A stretch of DNA of 33,764 bases from a virus (Duplodnaviria > Caudoviricetes). The stretch spans positions 1-33,764 of the IMG/VR virus record IMGVR_UViG_3300032319_000440; one strand, given 5' to 3'. Shown one piece after another: positions 10,381 to 18,854 of this stretch. Position 1 is the stretch's first letter. Every line of letters begins with the position of its first letter. A program made the position numbers and the translations under genes. The notes below the pieces were generated by a model that saw nothing but the letters and a program-made list of their open reading frames with translations, searched no databases and was not told the DNA's origin.

Positions 10381-11237
10381 AAATAATAATTACAACCCTA
10401 AGTATTGGTGAAAACTATACAAAAGATTACACATTAAGAATGATTGATGATGTTTTATCCTTAACAGATATTGATATTTATATCACAACTGATTGTAGAT
10501 ATTTAATAGACGATAAATTTGGTGAATCTGATAGAATTAAAATTAATGAGGTTGATAGAAAAAATTTAATGGTCTCATTACCAATAGGCCCTAATAAAGC
10601 CGCAAGAGATTTTAATTTTAATTTAAGACATCTGTGTTTAGACCACGTTAAAAATATTGACGATTGTGTTGTTATTTTCACAGATTGTGATAATTCATTA
10701 GATTGGTGGGATAAAGATTCTATTATTGATTTTATTTCCAAAAAATTTGAGGCGGGTTATGATTATTTTGCCCCTAGAACCGATTATAAATTTAAATACG
10801 CAATTGATAGGTATAATAGCGTGTGTAAAAAAACTCCTAATGAAGACGTTTTAGACTACGATACTTGTACTATTTTATGGGAAAAATTCTTTAATTATGA
10901 TTTGGTTGATATTGAAAAGAAAGAGATTGTTGAGGGATTAAATCATAAGTGGTCGGAAGCTTCGGTACCTACTGAATATTTAATTATTTTTTATAATAAT
11001 AACGGTAAACTTAAAAAAATGGTTGAACAATGGAAATGGTTTCACGACTATCTATGTAATCGTGATTATGTTTATGGTACGTGGGCAGAAGGGTTTGAAA
11101 TTGGGGTTTCGTGTTTAGTGGGTGGGTTTAATCCTTTTGACATTTCATATCATCATCCTATATGGGGAAAAATGTTCACACCTAACGGTTATAAAACAGG
11201 ACCAAGAGCTGGTCAAGTACACGCAACAGAAAAATGA
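10377..11237 (+). CDS. Putative glycosyltransferase (DxD-containing)
   Basis: IYITTD and VIFTDCD (DxD) motifs, EG near C-terminus; ATGA coupling. Confidence 0.5.
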   Translation: MKIIITTLSIGENYTKDYTLRMIDDVLSLTDIDIYITTDCRYLIDDKFGESDRIKINEVDRKNLMVSLPIGPNKAARDFNFNLRHLCLDHVKNIDDCVVIFTDCDNSLDWWDKDSIIDFISKKFEAGYDYFAPRTDYKFKYAIDRYNSVCKKTPNEDVLDYDTCTILWEKFFNYDLVDIEKKEIVEGLNHKWSEASVPTEYLIIFYNNNGKLKKMVEQWKWFHDYLCNRDYVYGTWAEGFEIGVSCLVGGFNPFDISYHHPIWGKMFTPNGYKTGPRAGQVHATEK

Positions 11238-12187
11238 AAAAAAAATTAATCATATCTTACGAACAAGGTTACAATAATTGGTATGTCAGCGAATTCTACA
11301 AGTATTTTCACAAGAAAATTGCCGACAATTCCGATATTGATTATCAATATATGTCATTACGCGAATTATCGATAAAATTTAATAAAGAGTATGATAATCA
11401 TCAAAGTACTATTTTTAATTGGTATAATTTAATTATTTACAATCCGGTTAATGAAAAAATGTTTGTACATAGTTGGTTTGATTATGCCCCTGAAATTTTA
11501 AAATATTCCGTTAACAATAACTTTAATGTTATTAAGTTTTCTTGTGTTTCAAATTTAAATGATAATATTATTAATGAATATAAAGATAAATTAATAGTTC
11601 AACCATCAATCTATTATTTAGAAAATTGGTCAGATATCGAACTAATTACTTCAACCATTAAACCACAAATTAAACGGAATAAAGCATATTTCAATGGTTT
11701 AAATCACGGATATCGTGAAAATATAATGAGTTGTTTATCTAAAAATGATTTTTTTAATATCAGAACTAAAATAAACCCTGAACATTTTAGACAAAAAAAT
11801 GAATATTATTCTGAACTGTCTAATTATAATTACGGTATTAGTTTAAACGGGGCTGCTAATATTTGTTACAGAGATTTAGAGTTATTTGCGTTAGGGGTAT
11901 TAAATTTACGACAACCTTTAACATCAAAAACATATAATCCATTAGTAAAAGATGTTCATTATATTGAACTTATTGACAATAATTTAACTGATAAAATTAT
12001 ATTTAAACACGGTGACCCCAACAAAATCATAAATGAAAGGGTTGAGGAATTAATTAATTTTTCATCAACTAAAGAATATTGTAATATGATTAATGAATCT
12101 AAAAAATGGTTTATAGATAATTGTTTACCTGAAAATCAATATAAAATATTACTTTCCTTTTTCGATGATTTTGATATTTTTTTCTAA
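11234..12187 (+). CDS. Putative GT-B/exostosin-like glycosyltransferase
   Basis: YFNG...R, Y..EL....YGISLNG....CYRDLE..ALG pattern; ATGA coupling. Confidence 0.5.
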   Translation: MKKKLIISYEQGYNNWYVSEFYKYFHKKIADNSDIDYQYMSLRELSIKFNKEYDNHQSTIFNWYNLIIYNPVNEKMFVHSWFDYAPEILKYSVNNNFNVIKFSCVSNLNDNIINEYKDKLIVQPSIYYLENWSDIELITSTIKPQIKRNKAYFNGLNHGYRENIMSCLSKNDFFNIRTKINPEHFRQKNEYYSELSNYNYGISLNGAANICYRDLELFALGVLNLRQPLTSKTYNPLVKDVHYIELIDNNLTDKIIFKHGDPNKIINERVEELINFSSTKEYCNMINESKKWFIDNCLPENQYKILLSFFDDFDIFF

Positions 12188-12421
12188 AAAAAAAATAAAT
12201 TTAAACTAATTTCAGGGTTATTAAAATCGGGTGATATTATTATGGCTCACAATTATTTACCAAATAATGACTACTTTGAAAATAACGTTAAAAATAAATA
12301 TTGGAATTATCTAAATATACAAGATTCGGACATTGGGACCTCTTTTTTAGAAAAAAATTTTAAACCTTTAATGATTGATGAATTTATTAAAATTACTTGG
12401 GTTTGTAAGATTAAAGAATAA
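12188..12421 (+). pseudogene. C-terminal fragment of a class I SAM methyltransferase-like gene (not in ORF track)
   Basis: 77-codon open frame KKNKFKLISGLLKSGDIIMAHNY...WVCKIKE*; LKxGxxIxxH(D/N)Y is a methyltransferase late-strand motif; the SAM-binding N-terminus is missing; only ATG-led version is 59 aa from 12242. Confidence 0.5.
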
Positions 12422-12452
12422 TATATAAAAAAAACATTATGTGATTACCATT

Positions 12453-14126
12453 ATGAATAAAATTACATTAGTAACTGGTTTATGGGATTTAGGTAGGGAT
12501 AAACTTACCGAGGGATGGTCTCGCTCTTATCAACACTATTTAGAAAAATTTAAACAACTTTTACAAGTTGATGAAAACTTAATAATTTTTGGGGACGAAG
12601 AACTTAAAAAATTTGTTCAAGAAAATAGGTCATCAGAAAAAACTCAATTTATCCTTAGAACAACAGATTGGTTTAAAAATAACGATTTTTATCCTTTAAT
12701 TGAAAATATTAGAAATAGCCCATCATGGTACAATCAAGTTGGTTGGTTGTCGGAATCAACTCAATCTAAATTGGAAATGTACAATCCATTAGTAATGTCT
12801 AAAATGTTTTTGTTACATGATGCAAAAATTTTAGATAAATTTAATTCAGAATATTTGTTTTGGATTGATGCTGGAATAACAAATACCATACATTCAGGTT
12901 ATTTTACACACGATAATGTTTTAGATAAATTACCCAAATATATTTCAAAATTTTCATTTGTTTGTTTCCCATATGAAACAAATACGGAAATTCACGGATT
13001 TGAAATAAATAAAATGAACTCTATATCAGGAGATAAAGTTAATAAAGTTGCAAGAGCCGGATTTTTTGGAGGACCAAAAGAATCAATATCTAATATTAAT
13101 TCAATTTATTATGGATTATTATTATCAACATTACAAGAAGGTTATATGGGTACCGAAGAAAGTATTTTCACTATAATGACATATAAACACTCTGATTTAA
13201 TAAATTATTTTGAAATTGATGGAAATGGGTTAATGGGTAAATTTTTTGAAGACCTTAAAAATGATAATTTAATGGTTAAATCAGAAAGTAAAATGTCAGT
13301 TGAAAACACGTTAGACACTAATAAAGTAGGATTATATGTTTTAACGTTTAATAGCCCAAATCAGTTTAGGACTTTAATTAAATCAATGTTAGAATACGAT
13401 AAAGATTTTATTTTGAAGACTACAAAATTTTTATTAGATAATTCCACGGATGAATCTACATTTAATGAGTATTCAGAACTTTGTAAAGAACACGGGTTTG
13501 AACACATTAAAAAAGATAATTTAGGTATTTGCGGAGGAAGACAATGGATTGCGGAACATTTTGATAAGACAGATTTGGATTATTATATTTTTTCTGAAGA
13601 TGATATGTTTTTCCAAAATAAACTCGGAGAAACGTGTAGAAATGGATTTAATAGATATTCACCTAATTTATTTTCAAACACATTACAAGTAATTAAAAAA
13701 GAAAATTTAGATTTTATAAAATATAATTATAGTGAATTTTATGGTGATAATGGTACTCAATGGTCTTGGTATAATGTTCCACAACATATCAGAGAAGAAT
13801 TTTGGCCTGAAAAAACAAAGTTACCTGAGATGGGATTAGACCCCAATTCTCCTAAAACAAAATTTAATAATATTAAAACCCACAATGGATTACCATATGT
13901 TGATGGTGAAATATACTACTGTAATTGGACTCAGTTAATTAGTAGGACAGGAAACAAAAAAATGTTTTTGGATACTACTTGGGCACATCCGTTTGAGAAT
14001 ACGTGGATGTCACACATGTATCAGTTAACAAAAAAAGGAGAACTTAAAGGTGGATTGTTATTACTTACACCTGTCGAACACAATCGTTTTGACCATTATG
14101 ATGGAAAATTGAGAAAAGAATCATAA
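12453..14126 (+). CDS. HtrL/YibB (WlaTC)-family glycosyltransferase fused to a GT2-like domain
   Basis: ITLVTGLWDLGR, SK, FWIDAG, GFFGG, TEESIF in the N-half; LTFN, LDNS, GICGGR, FSEDD in the C-half. ATG 12453 preferred over GTG 12441. Confidence 0.75.
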   Translation: MNKITLVTGLWDLGRDKLTEGWSRSYQHYLEKFKQLLQVDENLIIFGDEELKKFVQENRSSEKTQFILRTTDWFKNNDFYPLIENIRNSPSWYNQVGWLSESTQSKLEMYNPLVMSKMFLLHDAKILDKFNSEYLFWIDAGITNTIHSGYFTHDNVLDKLPKYISKFSFVCFPYETNTEIHGFEINKMNSISGDKVNKVARAGFFGGPKESISNINSIYYGLLLSTLQEGYMGTEESIFTIMTYKHSDLINYFEIDGNGLMGKFFEDLKNDNLMVKSESKMSVENTLDTNKVGLYVLTFNSPNQFRTLIKSMLEYDKDFILKTTKFLLDNSTDESTFNEYSELCKEHGFEHIKKDNLGICGGRQWIAEHFDKTDLDYYIFSEDDMFFQNKLGETCRNGFNRYSPNLFSNTLQVIKKENLDFIKYNYSEFYGDNGTQWSWYNVPQHIREEFWPEKTKLPEMGLDPNSPKTKFNNIKTHNGLPYVDGEIYYCNWTQLISRTGNKKMFLDTTWAHPFENTWMSHMYQLTKKGELKGGLLLLTPVEHNRFDHYDGKLRKES

Positions 14127-14132
14127 TCGTTG

Positions 14133-14140
14133 TATTTATA
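14133..14140 (+). promoter_or_regulatory. TATTTATA motif
   Basis: 13 nt upstream of ATG 14154. Confidence 0.55.
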
Positions 14141-14153
14141 ATAAAAAAGATAG

Positions 14154-14534
14154 ATGGAATTTTTTATTAAAAAAAATGCAACATTACCTCTTCTTAAAAT
14201 GCAAATTGTAAAAGACGGAAGAAGTGATTACCAAAATTTTATGGAGTTGATTGAAACTTCTACCATTGTTTTTTCTATGGTAAATACCGATACAGGTATT
14301 GCTAAAATAACATCTAAAACTGCGGGGTTTGTTTCCAAAACATTTAATAGTCCTGATACCCCAACCGAATATTATATTTACTATCCATTCACAAAACGGG
14401 ATACCAATACCGTTGGTAGATTTGAAGCACAATTTTTATTGAAGAACTCTCAGGGAGATTTAATTGTACCTATTAGGGAACCTTTATTTATTAACATTCA
14501 GGATTCTTTTATTTCAGATGACCCATGTTGTTAA
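14154..14534 (+). CDS. Probable structural protein (BppU N-terminal-like beta domain)
   Basis: F.IK...TLP start, Y.F...DT...G.F.AQF and IVP pattern; preceded by the late motif. Confidence 0.5.
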   Translation: MEFFIKKNATLPLLKMQIVKDGRSDYQNFMELIETSTIVFSMVNTDTGIAKITSKTAGFVSKTFNSPDTPTEYYIYYPFTKRDTNTVGRFEAQFLLKNSQGDLIVPIREPLFINIQDSFISDDPCC

Positions 14535-14567
14535 TTGATTTCCAAAAATAATTATTTTATATTTATA
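14535..14567 (+). promoter_or_regulatory. sigma70-like promoter overlapping a TATTTATA motif upstream of the polymerase
   Basis: TTGATT (14535-14540), 17-bp spacer, TATATT (14558-14563); TATTTATA at 14560-14567. AT richness lowers significance. Confidence 0.45.
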
Positions 14568-14625
14568 GTAATAAGGTTAATCCAACAACTTGCTGGAGCC
14601 AATGTACCACAAAAAACTATAAATT

Positions 14626-17397
14626 ATGATTTCCCAAGAAGAGATTAAGTCCTTTTTAGAAGGCAACGACCCCGAAGAGCACATTGTGTGCGTAGAGTTT
14701 GATTACGCAAAAGATTGCGTTTACAAGATTAAAGAAATTCCAGGACAACCTAAAACAATACAGAAAGATACGTTTATCGCATTCTCATGGGTTGGTGATT
14801 TAAGAAACCTAAATTTTTACCAAGATTCCAAAGGATTACAAAAAGAGTCAATGACCAAATATGGTATTGTAATTGAGAAATTAGAAACTCAAGGTAATGA
14901 TAGACTAGAAAAGGGACTTAAGTTTATGGTTAAGTCATTAAAGGGATATCGTTCACTTATACAATTTTTTAGAGATGGTGGATTAGACCCATGGTCTGAC
15001 AGAGCAAAAGATAAGATATTAATACTTCCTCCTGTAGAACAATACTTAATTTCAAAAGAAAAAAGATTATTCAAAGGTTATGAAGAATACAATGATGTTA
15101 CCCGACTTGTATTTGACTTGGAGACGACCTCATTAGAACCTAAGGATGGTCGTATATTCATGATTGGAATTAAGACAAACAAAGGATACAAGAAGGTTAT
15201 AGAATGTTCTGACGCTGAACAGGAACGTCAAGGATTGATTGAATTCTTTAATATAATAGATGACATCAAACCAAGTATTATTGGTGGTTATAACTCCGCA
15301 AACTTTGATTGGTTTTGGATATTTGAAAGATGTAAGGCACTTAATTTAGACATTAAAAAGATTTGTAGGACATTAAATCCTGGTAAAAACATTTCCCAAT
15401 CTGAGAGTATGTTAAAACTTGCTAATGAGGTTGAGAAATATAATCAGGTATCAATGTGGGGTTATAATATAATTGACATTATTCACGCCACAAGAAGGGC
15501 TCAGGCAATTAACTCAGGTATTAAGTCTGCAGGTTTGAAATATATTACAAAGTATATTGATGCTGAAGCACCTGACCGTGTGTATATTGACCATACAGAT
15601 ATTGGTTCTATGTATGCCAAGAAAGAAGAGTATTGGTTAAATACTCAGAATGGTAAATACAAAAAAGCAGATAAACCTGAGTTTGATGATTTGGATAAAA
15701 GATTTCCTGATGTTTATATCAAAGTAACCGGTGATAATATTGTAGAGAGATATCTTGATGATGATTTGGAGGAAACATTATTGGTTGATGATGAGTTTAA
15801 TCAAGGTTCATTCTTGTTGGCTGCTATGATTCCAACAACATATGAAAGAGTATCTACTATGGGAACGGCAACATTATGGAAGATGTTGATGTTGGCTTGG
15901 TCATATAAATTTAAGTTAGCAATTCCCCAAAAACAACAAAAAACAGAATTTGTCGGTGGGTTATCAAGATTGTTAAGGGTTGGATATTCAAAGAATGTTC
16001 TTAAACTTGACTTTAGTTCACTATATCCATCAATACAACTTGTTCACGATGTGTTCCCTGAGTGTGACGTTACGGGAGGTATGAAAGCGATGCTTAAGTA
16101 TTTCCGTGATACTCGTATTCTTTATAAGAACTTGGCAGGACAGTTTGAGAAAGAAGACCCCAAGAAATCATTATCTTACGATAGAAAGCAATTACCAATT
16201 AAAATATTCATTAATAGTATGTTTGGTGCGTTATCAGCTCCACAGGTATTTGCATGGGGTGATATGTATATGGGAGAACAGATTACTTGCACGGGTAGAC
16301 AATACCTTCGTATGATGATTAAGTTTTTCATGAAACGTGGATATACCCCTCTGGTGATGGATACGGACGGTGTAAACTTCTCCAAACCTGATGATTGGGA
16401 AAGTAGACGATATATTGGGAAAGGTAATAATTGGAAGGTTAAAGAGGGTAAGGAGTATAAGGGTGATGATGCGGATGTTGCCGAGTTTAATGATTTATTT
16501 ATGAAAGGTGAGATGGCGTTAGATACTGATGGAACTTGGCCGTCTTGTATTAACTTAGCACGTAAGAACTATGCGGTTATGGATGCCAAAGGTAAAGTTA
16601 AACTAACGGGTAATACCATTAAGTCCAAAAAACTTCCATTATATATTGAGGATTTCTTGGATAAAGGAGTTAAGATGTTATTGGAAGGTAAAGGTCAAGA
16701 TTTCGTTAATTGGTATTATGATTATCTTCAGATTATCTTTGATAAACAAATCCCATTAATGAAGATAGCTCAAAGAGCCAAAGTTAAATTATCTATGGAT
16801 GATTATATGACGAGAACGACTCAAAAAACTAAGTCGGGTGGGGCTATGAGTAGAATGGCTCATATGGAATTGGCAATACAAAATAAGTTAAATGTTAATT
16901 TAGGTGATGTAATATACTATGTTAATAACGGTTCAAAGGCTTCTCATGGTGATGTACAAAAAATATCAAAACCAACTAAAGCTCAAAATGAAGAACACAA
17001 TAAAAAATATGGTAAACCAATGCCGGTGGATTATATTCAGATTAATAGTTACATGTTAGATGCTAAAGAGTTGGAGAATAACCCTGAAATGACGGGTGAG
17101 TATAATGTTCCAAGAGCAATCACTACATTTAATAAAAGAATAGAACCATTGTTGGTTGTGTTCAAACAAGAAATTAGAGATGGTTTATTGGTTGAGGACC
17201 CTAAAGATATGGGATTATTCACCAAAGAACAATGTGAACTAATTAATGGTATTCCGTTTGAAGAAGGTGACCAAGATAGTTTGGAAGAAGTATTAACAGT
17301 ATCAGAACCTGAAGTTAAGTATTGGGAGAAAAGAGGTTTAAGTTGTGATTATATGTATGAATTGGCTGAAGAAGGATGGGAAGAACATATCAATTAA
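14626..17397 (+). CDS. polB: Family B DNA polymerase with 3'-5' exonuclease
   Basis: Exo motifs DLET, YNSANFD, YLDDD; polymerase motifs DFSSLYPS, KIFINSMFG, DTDG, RKNYA. Confidence 0.95.
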   Translation: MISQEEIKSFLEGNDPEEHIVCVEFDYAKDCVYKIKEIPGQPKTIQKDTFIAFSWVGDLRNLNFYQDSKGLQKESMTKYGIVIEKLETQGNDRLEKGLKFMVKSLKGYRSLIQFFRDGGLDPWSDRAKDKILILPPVEQYLISKEKRLFKGYEEYNDVTRLVFDLETTSLEPKDGRIFMIGIKTNKGYKKVIECSDAEQERQGLIEFFNIIDDIKPSIIGGYNSANFDWFWIFERCKALNLDIKKICRTLNPGKNISQSESMLKLANEVEKYNQVSMWGYNIIDIIHATRRAQAINSGIKSAGLKYITKYIDAEAPDRVYIDHTDIGSMYAKKEEYWLNTQNGKYKKADKPEFDDLDKRFPDVYIKVTGDNIVERYLDDDLEETLLVDDEFNQGSFLLAAMIPTTYERVSTMGTATLWKMLMLAWSYKFKLAIPQKQQKTEFVGGLSRLLRVGYSKNVLKLDFSSLYPSIQLVHDVFPECDVTGGMKAMLKYFRDTRILYKNLAGQFEKEDPKKSLSYDRKQLPIKIFINSMFGALSAPQVFAWGDMYMGEQITCTGRQYLRMMIKFFMKRGYTPLVMDTDGVNFSKPDDWESRRYIGKGNNWKVKEGKEYKGDDADVAEFNDLFMKGEMALDTDGTWPSCINLARKNYAVMDAKGKVKLTGNTIKSKKLPLYIEDFLDKGVKMLLEGKGQDFVNWYYDYLQIIFDKQIPLMKIAQRAKVKLSMDDYMTRTTQKTKSGGAMSRMAHMELAIQNKLNVNLGDVIYYVNNGSKASHGDVQKISKPTKAQNEEHNKKYGKPMPVDYIQINSYMLDAKELENNPEMTGEYNVPRAITTFNKRIEPLLVVFKQEIRDGLLVEDPKDMGLFTKEQCELINGIPFEEGDQDSLEEVLTVSEPEVKYWEKRGLSCDYMYELAEEGWEEHIN

Positions 17398-17729
17398 GAT
17401 TGTTTTAATCCATCACTTGAAAGGATATACCATCCACCAGCACAATAAGCGAACTCAACACATGCACCTTTGTCGATGAGTATTTCATCAAACTCATCAT
17501 CAATTCTACCCATTAAAGGTATTATTAATACTTTTGTGAGTGCTTTTATTGTTATGTGGTCAGTTGTAGTGTGGTCTAATCTGATTGTACAACTATCAAC
17601 TTGTTTAATAACAACTATTCCTTCTCCTCTTGTGGTGAATTGATTATCAGACACAATGGCCATTTCTGAGGAAATTATTATTTTCCCATTTATTACTCTT
17701 TCCGATGGTGTATTTCTAATTATTGACAT
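17394..17729 (-). CDS. Hypothetical beta-rich protein (111 aa)
   Basis: Directly follows the neck gene on the minus strand; 4-nt convergent overlap with the polymerase stop. Confidence 0.75.
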   Translation of the reverse strand: MSIIRNTPSERVINGKIIISSEMAIVSDNQFTTRGEGIVVIKQVDSCTIRLDHTTTDHITIKALTKVLIIPLMGRIDDEFDEILIDKGACVEFAYCAGGWYILSSDGLKQS

Positions 17730-17732
17730 AAA

Positions 17733-18845
17733 TTATATAACATATATTTGACGAGGGAATGACCTGAATTTCATTGCCTTATTTAAGTTTTCGGCAATTA
17801 ATGCATCTCTTTCCATCATTTTTTCAGGTCTTAATCTTTCTAAACGAAGCATGAGTTCCTCTTTTAGTTTATCTCTTTCATCTTTACCTTCTGTCAATAA
17901 ACTCGTATAATCCATAGTTAATTCACTATCAGGCGCTTTAAGATTACCACTATATTTACCTCTAACTCTACCTAAAGTTTCTTTACAAAGTCCGATAAAC
18001 CATCTTCTAACCCACTGTTGTGATGGATTATTTAAGTCATCCCAATTAATTTCATCAATCGGAACGTCAGAAGGTAATTTAACAATATCCGGATTTTTCT
18101 TTAGACAATCATCTCTGTCACCACCTTCAACATCATAATACCAATACCAAACTTTTCCGTTGTGGTATGAGGCATTACCAAAGTCAAATTTACCACCAGG
18201 TACGTTCATTAAATGAATCATTTTTTTACCATCAGGTAAAGCTGTAATTCTATAAGTTAATTCAGAACCTAACATTCTTCTCTGAATATTTGTTTCTTGC
18301 ATTCTTAACAACATATCAAATGCCGGCATCATGGTGTAAGAACCTGAATACCCTAACTGTGCGAATCCACCCGTACCTCCAAGTCCAGGTCCCCCCATTG
18401 CTCCGAAAGCCCAAGGGTCAAACAAGACATTGTTCATTGTTGGTGGTGTCAACCACAATAACTCATTAATTTCTCTCCCTGCAGGTATTTCATACAATTG
18501 TTGTCCTTTTTGTAAGGTAATATAATCTTTCTTTAATACCCAATCACCACCAGTTTGTAAACCGACAATTTTAGAATATGCGTAAGAATATCTTGTTTCG
18601 TAATCTAAACTTCTTGTAATAAATGCGTGTGATAATGACTGTTCGTCTAAGTTCAGGTTTTGTAATGAACCCCATTGAGATTCAATTAACCAATCTTGTA
18701 TGTATTGAGAATAGTCACCAATCGCTAATTCCAATAAAGAATCCAGCATTTCGTCTTCAAGTTCAACACTTCTTAATGGAGCGCCGAGTAAATGTTTTAC
18801 TCTTTTATATAATTTACTTCTATTTGGTTCGGATATTATAGTCAT
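17733..18845 (-). CDS. Neck / head-tail adaptor protein (T4 gp13-like)
   Basis: LGAP...VEL start, W...W..GLCKE.LG.VRGKY and EG..E..KL.EEL C-terminal pattern. Confidence 0.75.
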   Translation of the reverse strand: MTIISEPNRSKLYKRVKHLLGAPLRSVELEDEMLDSLLELAIGDYSQYIQDWLIESQWGSLQNLNLDEQSLSHAFITRSLDYETRYSYAYSKIVGLQTGGDWVLKKDYITLQKGQQLYEIPAGREINELLWLTPPTMNNVLFDPWAFGAMGGPGLGGTGGFAQLGYSGSYTMMPAFDMLLRMQETNIQRRMLGSELTYRITALPDGKKMIHLMNVPGGKFDFGNASYHNGKVWYWYYDVEGGDRDDCLKKNPDIVKLPSDVPIDEINWDDLNNPSQQWVRRWFIGLCKETLGRVRGKYSGNLKAPDSELTMDYTSLLTEGKDERDKLKEELMLRLERLRPEKMMERDALIAENLNKAMKFRSFPRQIYVI

Positions 18846-18854
18846 AGAATTTCT

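Noticed and set aside
14626-17397. Intein or intron in the polymerase
   Set aside because: Continuous 923-aa frame with normal motif order; no intein termini or homing endonuclease motifs seen.
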